A DNA stretch of 64,000 nt from Gordius albopunctatus (lineage: Eukaryota). The DNA is taken from assembly GCA_964276515.1 (NCBI GenBank), contig OZ193910.1, positions 4,650,001 to 4,714,000 on the forward strand, read 5' to 3'. This document shows, piece after piece, positions 12,201 through 22,549 of this stretch (within the stretch, counting starts at the first letter, position 1; each line of letters begins with the position of its first letter). The notes under the pieces were generated by a model, which did not search any database, was not told the origin of the DNA, and saw only the letters and a program-made list of their open reading frames with translations. The position numbers and the translations under genes were made by a program.

Positions 12201-15200
12201 CTAGCTCCGGGCCATCGTCGGGAGAGATGGAGTTGATAGCGATGCTCCTTGCAACGGCGGTATAATTTATAAGCCATGTTGGAGCATTTCCATCCCTCAC
12301 CGACCTCGGCGGGTTAACACCACTGCCGAGGGTCGCCGCTACCGTCCTAACATAGTTACGTTCTCTCCGCCCGAGGCGGAGGCGGCCCTTTGGGTTTAGG
12401 GCCTTTCTTCCTTTGACCATATCGTGTGTCAGGCGCACGAAAAAGCTGGACAGGTTCAGTATATTGGCCCATTCCCATCTTTTCCGCCCAATCCTTTGAT
12501 TTGCCGGTTACGGCTTGCCATCCATAGTAAGAAGCCATGGCCAGCGTCCTGACGCGGTCGGAAAATTTGTCAATTGTTTTATTGAAGTCCTCGATGGACT
12601 CACCCATGCTGAGCAAGAATTCCGCTTCATGCTTTTGGTAGGCAGGCATGGTGTAATTGGATTCAATAGCTTCACGCAACCCCTTGAGTCGAAGCTTTAG
12701 GATTTCGATATTGGAGGTTGGTATATTACTGGGCCTAGATCTTTCTCTTGCCAGGAGATTGTCCAGCTCGGCACGTGTCATTGTGACCGTGTCTGCGGCC
12801 GGGCTGGGGGTCCAGTGTGGCGGATTGTCTACCGCCGCGATCGTTTCCTCGCTCCTTCCCACGAGGTTCCTATCGATCTTGGCATCCATTGCCGCTAACC
12901 GATCCAGAATCACCTTCACTACTGATTCCGATCCTAAGGTGTCACGGCTAATGGTCGCACCTGTCGAGGATTTGTCGGGGGACGTCATGGAAGGGTTTAG
13001 TAATGACGAATTAATATTACTAAGGGAGGTGGATTTTGAAAAGTATTTATTAAGAGGGGTTGTATCGGCAACGTTCTTTTTAGACGAGGTTTTCCTTGTC
13101 ATAAAAAAGGGTGGACAGGGGTAAAAATTTATAAATTAACACACTGACGAGGGGCAGAGGTTAAGTAAGCGCCGAGTGGGGAAACGATATAGAGTAAAAG
13201 AGGGGTGCTGAATTATAGTAAATTTCTTAGACTCTTTTACGGTATTCCTATCAATAAGTATATTGTGTAGGATGCATGCTCCTAATACAATCTTCTCCAC
13301 TTTTTGAGGTCTGGTCCTAATGGGTTTATTAAATATGTCAAATTTGGCACTTAGTATGCCAAAGGAATATTGTACACAGTTTCTAGCTCTTGATAATCTT
13401 GTATTGAAAACAGTTTTCTCGTCATTTAATGTTCTTGATGAATATGAATAGGGTTTAAGCAAGAAGTGACTTAACTGGAAAGCCTCATCTGCAATGAATA
13501 CGTATGGGGCTTGAACTTGGGTACCAGGAAAGTATCCACCAGAAGGTAAAAATGTATCATCCCCTTGAATTTTTTTGTATAAAGAAGTTTGCTTCCAAAC
13601 ACCCCCATCACTTTGAACCAATGCACCAACATCAAAATAAATGAACTTATATTTTGCATCCGTAATTGCCATCAAAACAATAGAATGGTATCCTTTATAG
13701 TTAAAGTACCTACTTCCTTCTCTAGCAGGTTTCTTTATTCTGATGTGCTTGCCATCTATAGCTCTTAAGCAAAGAGGAAAATTCCATCTTTCATTAAACT
13801 CTTTAGATATCTAAATGGAAATACTTTAATATAATGAATTAATTTTACTCTAATCCAATCAGACACTGTTGGCACAGGAATGTGAGTTGATCCTAACTTT
13901 ATTATGGCATCTAAAACTTCTTCAATGATGTAGGTTATTGCACTTCTTGAAATTCTGAAACTATAGGCTATTTGTCTGAAATTTTCACCTTTGATTAAAT
14001 ACCTAAAGTTGTTATAATTCTTTAGTTTAAAATTTATTTTACCTTAAGATTACCATAAGTCTTTTTGCTGGAGGTATGGCAATAACTTTGCATTTATGAT
14101 GCTTTATATCTTTAATGATTTGACTTAATAAGTAATAGAATGTTGAAGGATACATTCTGGTGTATTCAAAAAAGTTCTGCTCACTCCTACCAATATCATC
14201 AAAAAGGTGATTATATTCCTCAAATATATCACGACGTTGATAAATTATGCTTTTTTTCTTTCTATTACTTGTTTTTAATAAACGGCTGAGTAAAATTAAT
14301 AATAACATTCGAGTTTGAACCATGAGCTTGAATCGGATATATGGACCAAAAAAATCGCGCGTTTCGAATCTGAATCCGATATTAAGACAAGCCTTTATGT
14401 GTCTAAAATCGAAATCTGATGTAAATCGGATATTAAGACACGGCTATTTTAAAACACATATGACGATTTTTGCTGCATATTAAAATCTGATATTAAGACA
14501 AGCCCGAACACGTTTACTAATAGAATATACTATTTGGCCTTGATTATTTGTAACAGATCGATTTCACCTTTTTAATTATTTTCGATTAAAAAGGAAATGT
14601 AGGTGTACATATCGGAATTAGGTTGCCAAATAAGGGACTTAATAGAGATGTGATAACCCTCTGGGTCGTTATTAGTCCTAGCACCAATTGCCTCGTATCT
14701 TTGCCACGAAATACAGCCGAAGGGCATATCCAACTTTATATTAAAGGGCGAAAGGTACAAAGAGTAGCCACTACTATACAATGGAGGAAACTAAAGGATA
14801 ATATTCAACATTTTAAGGAATAGGTAATTAAACATGCTGAATTTAAGGAAAATACTTCGTGTGAGGATCAATGGAATGGTATAGCTGCCACAATGCCACT
14901 AGAAGAATTCTCAAGGAGACGTGGTGGTGGAATGAAGAACTACAAAAATGTATTAAGGAAAAGAAGAGATTGTACAAAGTTTGGTATAAAAGCAAGGATA
15001 GTAATGATAAGCAATCTTACCAAGTAGCTAAAATATCGGCTAAAAAATCCGTATCAAAAGCTAAAAACAAGGTGTACGACGAAGGAGAAAGATTTATCTA
15101 CAGTCAAAAGGGAGAAATACTAACACACGTCAGCCATATACTACAAAGATGGTACGACTATTATAGCGATTTATCAATTGAAAAGGAGCCTGTAATCGAA

Positions 15201-18200
15201 GACACTAACCAGGAAAACACAATAGGAGAATTAAACACAGCTGACTGCATCACGGAAACGGAAGTCAAAGTTGCTATGGGTAAACTAAAGTCAGGAAAAG
15301 CCCTTGGACCCGACAATATACCAATAGAGGGCTTCAAAGCGTTAGGCAATACTGGTGCACAATTCCTCGCCAACCTTTTCTACAATATCTTGAAAACGGG
15401 TAAAATGCCTAACGAGTGGAGGGATAGCTACATGATCCCGATATACAAGATGAAAGGGGACATTCAGGATTGCAACAATTACAGAGGGATAAAGCTTATG
15501 AGTCACACTTTCAAGGTGTGGGAAAAAGTGATCGAAAAACAGCTTCAGAGTTTGCTTCAAATTCGAGATAACCAATTCGGATTTATGCCGGAGAGGTCTA
15601 CAGCAGACGCCCTGAACAGTGTTAGAAGATTAATGGAACGGTTTAAAGAATGGGAAGGGGATTTGCACATGTGTTTCATCGATCTAGAAAAAGGGTTCGA
15701 TAAAGTTCCTCGTAATTTAGTTTGGAAATGTCTTGAAAAAAAACAATGTGCCACAAGTATACGTCAGAGCAATCAAAGATATGTACAAGGGAAATAGAAC
15801 GTACGTTAGAACAACGGTGGGGACTACAAAGGGCTTTGCCATTAATACTGGAGTCCATCAAGGTTCAGCTCTTAGTCCCTTCCTATTCATAATGATAATG
15901 GATAATATTACCAAGGACTTGGGCGAGGAAGCTCCTTGGGCAATGATCTTTGCAGACGATATAATCTTCTGTGCCAAAAGTGAACAAGAATTGGCTAATA
16001 CTGTAAATAGATGGGTAAATGCAATAGAAGAAAGTGGTCTCAAGGTAAATCGAAAGAAAACAGATTGCATGAAGACAAAGTTTAAATCGGATGAAAACCA
16101 GCAAAGTGCATCCCTTACTTTAGGCGATTAGCAACTTACAAACGTGGATTCCTTCAAATATTTAGGATCAACGCTTCAATCGAATGGTGGAATGGATAAA
16201 GAAATCCAAGCAAGGATAAATTCTGGATGGCTCAAGTGGAGGGACTTGACAGGTGTTCGTTCTGTGCGACAAAAACATCCCGAGAAGACTAAAAGGTGCA
16301 CTATAAATCCATCATACAGCCAACAGTCCTGTATAGCTCGGAATCATGGACTATACGTAAGAGAGAAGAGCAACGTCTTGCGGCCATGGAGATGAGAATG
16401 CTAAGATGGGTGCTAGGAGTAAACAAAAAGGACCATAGGCGAAATGAAGAAATAAGAAGAATTTTGGGTACTACATCAATTGCGACAAAGCTCCTAACAA
16501 ATAGACTAAGATGGTATGGCCATGTCGAAAGAAGGGACGATAGGTACGTAGGAAAGAAAATCGAGTTGATAAATTTCGCAGGAAAACGAAGGAGAAGAAG
16601 ACCCAAGCTTACCTGAATTCATAAAATACGGCATGATATGAAAGTCCACAAGATAAAGAAAGAGGTGACAAGCAGTCATAGAAAGAAGAAGAAGAAGATT
16701 TATTTTTTGTTATGGAATTATAGAAATAAATTCAAAAAAGTGTATTAATTATAGGTTACCAATTTTAAAAAATTTAAAAACACCGTGAATTTTCGGGCTT
16801 ACGTGCGTGAATCAAAATATTGCCTTTCGTGAGCGGGCGGGTCTGGTCAAAAAATTTTTAGTGGTAAGCGTGAGTGGGCGTGAATTTTTTTTAATACCAC
16901 CGTGAGTGAGCGGGCCGTGAATAAAAAATTAGGCCCGCGCCCACCTCTAATGGTAACCCTCAAGCAATAGCTCATATCACTGCGACATTAAATACGGAAA
17001 TTTGGCAGAGGAGCTTATCCAAGTAGTCAAAATATAATCCCTAAAAACACGCAATTTGATGCTGGTAAAGAATATTACCACCCAAGCATGATCTCCAGAC
17101 CATATAAACATCATGCAAACGTAGGAATGGAAACCCAGAAGCCCTTCGAATTATCTTGCGCATTCGCAGATCCCGGATATATTCTTTCTTAAATCCCAAC
17201 ATGCCGATTATTCTCAGAAGGGCCTTTAAATAATGAAACAGGCAACCTTAATTAATACCTTTTACGATGGCCTTCGGCAAGTATTTTTCAATCGCGCTTT
17301 TAGCCGGCCGCTCAAAATCAATTTGCACAAATCTAATTTAAACCCAAACATACTGCTGTATGCTCCACGCCTCCCATTATGCATGAAGACATACACTACA
17401 GGGATCATGTGTTCCTTATAATAGGCCTGGATTGTGTAGAGCTAAAATGTAAAAATTCAAATTCACTTGGTAAAATACCATCCATGTATTGTACATTACG
17501 TCACATAAAACCTTTAAAAGGGAAGGCGTCCCAAAAATTAGAATGTTGTTGTTTTCGTTCCATAAGAGGAACCTTTTTTTATGTGTTGATGTTTGTGCTT
17601 CGGTCAACCGTATATCACTCCTTGGCTCGCCTACTAGGCTTGGCCATTTCCTTTGTCAACCTCACAGCCTTCAGGAGTGGAGTTGCCTGTGGAAACTCAC
17701 CCTAGCAGGGTTGCCTACAACCGCTTCCTTTAACTTCATCTTTGAAAAGCGCATCGTAGTCCTCCCTCGGCGGTTTATGGTTATGCCGATGCTTGACAAC
17801 GACATTTCCATTAACTTCTGAGGGAATCTTATTCATAAAGTCAATCATCCACAACCTCAATGACTGTAACAAACTAGACAGAAAACTAAAAACTATAATT
17901 TAAATGGCAAAATTGTAATATATTAAAAATTACTAAATATAAAGCTGTTAATAAAAATTGCATAGCAATTAAAAATAAATAACATATGCATAGGCTTTTA
18001 ATTTATATTCATTTGCACATAAACTAATGAATTCTTATAGAGAAGAGTAAGGTGCACAGACCTTTTATAATGTAATACACACCACGCTTACGTATTTTAA
18101 ATGATAAACCATATGCTATTATCTTTACTTAGGTCAAAATTCTTGTTAATTGCCTTTTAATTTTATCTTTGCTACTTATTTCCGTAAATCTTACTTTGAA

Positions 18201-21200
18201 ACTCGTCCCACATTAACTTCTTTTTCTAACCACCCCAGACTGAGGCCAGACTACGATTTTGCCTTCCAATATTCTGTTTATATTTAAGTTTTCGGACCCC
18301 GGCCAGAGGCTAAAATCTATTCTAATATTTGTGCCCGCAGCTTTTGACCATTGGGTACCTTCCCATCAAAAAATAATGACTGCTCCACTACCAAATATCC
18401 ACCATTTTGTTCTTTTTTTGAGTCTGACTTGATAATACTGGTCAACAAATAGTTGTTTGTGTTGTTGTTTATCTACTCTACTACTACTATTACTAAAACA
18501 ACAACACGCACTTAATTCCTAGTGTTGAAGAGAAGGGAGGGCGCACTCAAGTCTGGTATAATTTGTCAATGTAAAAGATAGGGATAATTAATTTTGTATA
18601 TAATTTAAAAAGTAAAAGTGCTACGATAAAAAAATTGTAAATACATTCCTCTCCCCTATATCTACGTATTAAATCGATTAAATAAAATTTTTACCGACTA
18701 ATTTGCAAGTTATTGCCGTTTGAAAAACGCTAAACCGCGTTTTTTGCAACTTTGACAGCAAATATTTAAAAAATTGACTTATAGGTAAAAAATAAAAACA
18801 TATTTGTGTTCACTGTAAAAAACTCTACCTGTTGAACCGTGTTATTAGACTTTTTTTTGTCAATTTTGTTGGTTTGGGTGTCTTACCTTTAGGTTAGAAA
18901 CGTATATGTTTCTCTGACCCATTGCCCACCCACTTTCTCCCCCTTATAGGCCTGCACGGGTCACCCGAACGGGATTTATAGAGTTGGGTCAAAGGATGTG
19001 AATTTCTGCGTGGGCCGAAATTTCAGGGTTAGGCCCGGCCCATACCCGCACAAATATATTTTTTTACCCATACCCGCCCCGCAAAAAAACAACAAAAAAT
19101 GCGCCGCATCAGGCCCGCACGAGAAAAAAGCTTCAGTGTTTTCAAAAAAATTTATTTGTATAGAAAAAAATTTTGATGTATGAAAAAAAATTTTATAGCA
19201 TATAAAAACGATATTAATAAAAAAAATTATAATTCAATATTGTGATTTAAAAATAATAAACTGTCTATTCTATCAGGTAGTAGTGTTGTTCTTCTTTGTT
19301 CTATTAGGCGACTTGCCTTACTAAACGTGCGTTCACTTGTAGCGCTTGTGGCTGGAATTGCCAAAAACTGTACAGCTAACTTGTCAAATTAGGTAGGATA
19401 AGTTCGTGTTCTTTCCACCATGAAATAACATCAAGCTCATCATCTTCCGGTTTAAGATTTAATTTAACATAAGTATCAACTTCATTGCTCTCCTCAATCT
19501 GCTCTCTTTCATCGTCCCCCCAAACGGAGATATATATATCGACTTTTCACCAATAGCTAATTGCCTACATACCTTAGCTGAATTGCTCATAGATCGACGA
19601 CTGATGCAAGAAGAGCTAGGATCTTCTTGCATTAATTTATTTAAAGTTTGTGTTACCATGGTTTTAACAAGAATTTTTTCATCCTCAGGTAACATTTTGA
19701 GGGTGCGGAATTTTGGAGCAAGAAATGTTGATATCTTATGATATACATCAATTTCGAACTTTGAGGTCAGCATAGTTTTAGCCCTGGTTTTTAATTTATA
19801 AATTTCTAATGGAGGCGTATTTGGTATGGCTTTTAAAGATGTATAATAGGGTAAAACTTTATACAATGTTGGCTTCAATGAAATACTTGAACGAATTTTA
19901 AGCAATCTAAGAAATTTTAAATATAAGATTTTTTTAAACTTTTAAAAAAATAAATTTTAGTAATTACCTTTTCTATTCCATCGGAATTATCTACTTTTGG
20001 AGATTCCATTTAATCAAATATATTCAAAGCTAGAGCTAAGTAATTATTATATAATATGTAATAATAATTTACTTTATTAAAACTATTGCAAGCTAATTAG
20101 CAATGTTGATATTATAAGTTTGTAATAAGTAGGAGAAGTGTAGCTAAAACTAATTAATTATAAAATAAAATTTTTTAATGAATAAAGCTTAAAACAACTT
20201 CAATGAGATCTTGGAACAAATATTAAGCAATCTAAGAATTTGAAAAGCGAGGGAAATAATAAACAATGAATTAAATTAATTTACTTAATTAGCGAAAAAT
20301 ATAATATTAAATTTTCCCTCAAAATAATACTGTTTAAATAGCAAATTTTTGTTAGAAAAAATAAATTTTTTATCATCAAGATAATAAATGAATTTTGTTT
20401 TGTCAATACTATAATGATAGTATAGAGTTTAATATATTTAAATTTTTTCACTTATCAAAGCCCAAGCCCGGTCCGCACTTTTTTTTAGTGCTCATTTTCA
20501 GGTCCGGCCCAGCCCGCGGGCCGGCCCGGCCCCTGCAGACCTCTAATGTGAATCCTACATTACAACATGAGCTAAACGTATTTGTTAAATTAATGCTATT
20601 ATCTATAATTTTTGTAAAACAATATCGAATTGTATAACTAATTATAATCGTTCATTCGTATAAATAATCAATTTCTTTTTCTATTTTTTTAATTCGTTTA
20701 ATTTGGAGGGAAATTTAAATTTAAAGCTGAATCACCACGAAAGGTAAAATATTAACAAATTCGTATTTATTATTGTTTATAGTCTATAGAGTAAATTATA
20801 AATTTAACTAATAAAGATATAATTAAATATTAACAAATGATTTTTATTATTTTTTAAAAACGCTTTCGGGTCGGGTCGGGTTCGTGTTGAAAAAAGTGAT
20901 TTTGCAGGTCTCAACTCCCCCTTCCTTTGCCCCTTTCAGTATAAATAAGAAATTAATGATAGACCGCTAAATAAAGCTAAAACTTTTTAACCTCTACACA
21001 GTTCACAAGAAAATTAATAATAAATTTTTTGGGGGTCACTAGTGTCCCTTCATCCGAAATATTCGCTTCATTATTAGCAATAAAATCGCGAATCATAATC
21101 AAAAGATATCAGTATAGCGCGAAGTATCAGAATATAAAACGTGTAAAGTGTTAATCTGAGCATTTTCATGCGAACGCATTTATTAATAGAATATAAAGAC

Positions 21201-22549
21201 TGGCCTGTATCAATCTGCATGAGATTGATCTCAGTGTTTTCATTATTTTCGAGTAGTAAAGGTATGCACGTATAAATATCTGGATGTTGCCCAATTAAGG
21301 ACTTTAGTGAGTTGTGATAGCCTTCGAGGTGGGACCAACAACCTCGTACCACTGCCATAGTGAATAGGGGAATGTGGCAGAGGGACTAATCCAACTACTT
21401 GAAATATAATCAAAAAAGATCTTATTTTTGCATGTTGGGAGACAAAAGGGTCGTCCCAACATGCTCTCCAAACAGTGATGACATCTTGAAAGCGCAAAAA
21501 ATCGAAACCCGAGACTCTTCAAATTAATTTTCCTATGGTGGGATTTCTAGAGTATTCCTTTTTGAATTCAAGTTTATCAATCCGTCTCAAAATAGCCCTC
21601 GAAAAATGAAAGAGGCATACTTAAAAACATATTAGCACTACAAATTAATTATTACGTTTTACTACGACCTAAGGAAAGCATGTTCGAAGAACGCTCTTTG
21701 CATAGTGCTCAAAATCAATTTGGATATAAGTTGGGTCCAATCGCAAACCTAAAGCCAAACGTATGTCCTTTAATTTTTGGAAGACGTTGCAATATGTTTT
21801 GCGCTTTCTAATAGGCTTGAATACATAGACCGCGAGGATCTGATCATAATAAAACAATTACATGGCAAAGGAAAGTTCTCCTATTTTACCCAAAGGAATA
21901 TTCGACACTCACATTTATATAATTCGAATCTCTGCGATCGAATATTAAATAATCCATTATCGAAGTTAGCTTATTATGAGTCAACATATCAATTCATTAT
22001 TATTCCTCCAATTTTTATTGCATAACTTCTAACCACTTTTTGTAGCTATATCTTTCAACGCATACAAAAGCCTTTCTCCTACAATTTTCCATATATTCGT
22101 TAATGTGGAACTCTATATTATGTTTGATTATTTTAATCTATTTTTATAGTAGCTTTATACCTGGTAGTTCTTTAACGGAATATTTGGCTATTTTAATATT
22201 CTTATTTTGTAAACTGGGATCATGTATATTTGAAATTTTAAATATTTCTATTTTTATGTTAATTTGTTGAAAATGGTGACATTTCTTGTCATCGGTTTTA
22301 CTTCACTTTTTCGTAATGTTTAATTTTATCGCGATCTATTGGACCATAATTTTTTAAAAGAAAGTTTATAAATTATGATTTTTATTGCAGGAATTATTAC
22401 AAAATTTTCCTGCTGCTAACGATAAGATAGGAGAAATGAGGCAATACATCGAATCACACAAGCGATTTTGGGACGAAAATTGGAACGAAGTTATACATGG
22501 TGGTTTATTGTCTGAAGGATCTAACCCAAACACCAAAAAATCTAAATGA
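3290..22549 (+). CDS. ALG1: Chitobiosyldiphosphodolichol beta-mannosyltransferase. Exons 3290-3407, 3442-3522, 3555-3661, 3698-3852, 3917-4003, 4042-4128, 4213-4337, 4452-4670, 5420-5610, 22391-22549
   Basis: Spliced translation gives ALG1 motifs [65 protein letters not shown] and C-terminal LLQNFP...WDENW. All junctions are GT-AG and in phase; AATAAA lies near 22600. Confidence 0.93.
5990..7267 (-). mobile_element. Helitron-family copy (reverse orientation) carrying the G/C-tract MITE
   Basis: Reverse complement of the 3' hairpin at about 5995-6020; body matches 1470-2060 in reverse; TC-type 5' end at 7267. Confidence 0.65.
7560..8295 (+). mobile_element. Decayed Mutator (MULE)-like transposase remnant
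   Basis: Similar to the remnants at 16970-17400 and 21070-22060; contains [10 protein letters not shown], a MULE RTNNxxExxH-type motif. Confidence 0.55.
8068..9543 (+). repeat. Left arm of a ~1.5-kb inverted duplication (partner 13247-14733)
   Basis: Base-by-base reverse-complement match; differs by an 11-bp deletion and about six substitutions. Confidence 0.97.
8296..8430 (+). repeat. Probable Harbinger left terminus with repeated TGTCTTAATATC motif
   Basis: Three copies of GGC(T/C)(T/G)TGTCTTAATATC-like sequence just upstream of the transposase ATG, starting where MULE similarity stops; one copy is preceded by TAA. Confidence 0.6.
8478..9558 (+). pseudogene. PIF/Harbinger (HARBI1-like) transposase, exons 8478-8747, 8788-8941, 8980-9558; disrupted
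   Basis: Motifs [47 protein letters not shown]; 11-bp frameshift deletion near 8511 and TGA at 8728-8730 relative to the second copy. Confidence 0.9.
10027..10250 (-). pseudogene. Last exon of a Harbinger accessory DNA-binding gene (BESS motif); upstream exons missing
   Basis: [35 protein letters not shown] is a BESS motif; convergent with the transposase; AG acceptor at 10251-10252. Confidence 0.7.
10392..10507 (-). repeat. 116-bp direct repeat, 3' copy
   Basis: Identical to 13133-13248 except one base (CACCGAC versus CACTGAC). Confidence 0.97.
10519..12420 (-). CDS. Reverse transcriptase plus RNase H (633 aa from ATG 12420; frame open from 12507)
   Basis: [54 protein letters not shown]; RNase H residues in [25 protein letters not shown]. 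Confidence 0.95.
   Translation of the reverse strand: MVKGRKALNPKGRLRLGRRERNYVRTVAATLGSGVNPPRSVRDGNAPTWLINYTAVARSIAINSISPDDGPELEELPHPFSTSLPEHTNVPGLLSSQWTEVGLDGEGPPVISEPSNIPLFPTHPLSSFVNFDQPLSIRTSILKPHWRQSPFTLRVAKFGFKPRLSRKAIVDNHGRYHIPRYVKAIPREHKPLVDEIILYNIVRENPGTIPSPMYFIPKSDGSPRLIADLSQISKNFVKYPFSLKSIPLIASSLSEAKFMTKIDMKAAFFSIPLAPDAAKFFGFRYRRRKYAYKVLPMGASFSPFVLQQIMLDLCKKSITKSKYNVYLDDILIYGSSSTMVLADTRRFLYLAKCWNLTINKAKSCLIPRTKMDYLGIHVDLESRTLKVNAKFVKKIDAAVQILNHFLLEGVKPQPLVTQTCLGILTHYVYMLTGWSKYVSPAYNMLLASDPIEFRTEWTVRKILMIQRHLSTPFRMRYDTNGFTAGDASLSHISIFYRGSVLSIAKSDALAIFAVHDLIPTINLLELVAIPLAFIKAAVDTPSLNPKILTDSRTAFYIMKKGSAHAPHLEYAFTKICEVMGLDNMIKIKQNLEWVSTDNNPADAPSRESFFDDFQLGNMVHWVRSNSTHNQNTN
12356..13102 (-). 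CDS. ORF1, gag/capsid-like protein (248 aa)
   Basis: Intact ATG-to-TAA ORF starting 30 nt after the 5' repeat; Ser/Thr-rich N-terminus, helical middle, [16 protein letters not shown] segment reminiscent of DIRS-group ORF1s, basic Pro-rich tail. The function is inferred mainly from position. Confidence 0.75.
   Translation of the reverse strand: MTRKTSSKKNVADTTPLNKYFSKSTSLSNINSSLLNPSMTSPDKSSTGATISRDTLGSESVVKVILDRLAAMDAKIDRNLVGRSEETIAAVDNPPHWTPSPAADTVTMTRAELDNLLARERSRPSNIPTSNIEILKLRLKGLREAIESNYTMPAYQKHEAEFLLSMGESIEDFNKTIDKFSDRVRTLAMASYYGWQAVTGKSKDWAEKMGMGQYTEPVQLFRAPDTRYGQRKKGPKPKGPPPPRAERT
13133..13248 (-). repeat. 116-bp direct repeat, 5' copy
   Basis: Matches 10392-10507. Confidence 0.97.
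13136..14323 (-). CDS. Duplicated Harbinger transposase with uninterrupted spliced ORF (exons 14323-14043, 14002-13849, 13810-13136; about 369 aa) and a C-terminus derived from the retroelement repeat
   Basis: Lacks the deletion and stop of the left copy; reads ...ILHNILIDR then NTVKESKKF...SSVC through the repeat. Confidence 0.7.
13247..14733 (-). repeat. Right arm of the inverted duplication
   Basis: Reverse complement of 8068-9543. Confidence 0.97.
14734..16698 (+). mobile_element. RTE-clade LINE, 5'-truncated and frameshifted
   Basis: [53 protein letters not shown]; (AAG)n 3' tail at about 16683-16698. Confidence 0.92.
16770..16949. mobile_element. hAT-type MITE right end
   Basis: Ends CGCGCCCACCTCTA, with repeated CGTGAG/CGTGAA subterminal motifs. 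Confidence 0.5.
16970..17400 (-). mobile_element. Diverged MULE remnant
   Basis: Loose reverse-complement similarity to about 7700-8100. Confidence 0.45.
19004..20545 (-). mobile_element. Non-autonomous hAT element (same family as 38130-39238)
   Basis: TSD ATGTGAAT on both sides; right TIR TGCAGACCTCTA, left TIR partly deleted; encodes [15 protein letters not shown]. Confidence 0.85.
21070..22060 (-). mobile_element. Decayed MULE transposase
   Basis: Broken ORFs with IQIDFE...CFP, FHFSRAI and LEGYHNSLK. Confidence 0.65.

Larger units (their letters stand above)
10267..13248 (-). mobile_element. Compact integrase-less retroelement (DIRS-group / hepadnavirus-like RT)
   Basis: Two intact overlapping ORFs between 116-bp direct repeats, plus a 3' tail with AATAAA and a hairpin; visibly GC-richer than its flanks. 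The left boundary is uncertain (10267 versus 10392). Confidence 0.85.

Noticed and set aside
11990..12420. Hepadnaviral terminal-protein domain at the pol N-terminus
   Set aside because: The region is basic, then Pro/Ser/acidic, with no TP motif I can recognise; needs a profile search.
12657..13124. 155-aa antisense ORF and other short plus-strand ORFs over the retroelement
   Set aside because: No recognisable motifs (no R-H-R-Y recombinase pattern); expected shadows of GC-richer coding DNA.
13145..13185. CTGACGA...GAAAC in the 116-bp repeat (plus strand) as a hammerhead
   Set aside because: Stem II cannot close (GGGG opposite GGG), no matching stems I and III were found, it is antisense to the element, and the other copy reads CCGACGA.
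16970..17400. Continuation of the inverted duplication beyond the RTE
   Set aside because: Much more diverged than the near-identical arms and overlaps the breakpoint; an older MULE paralog.
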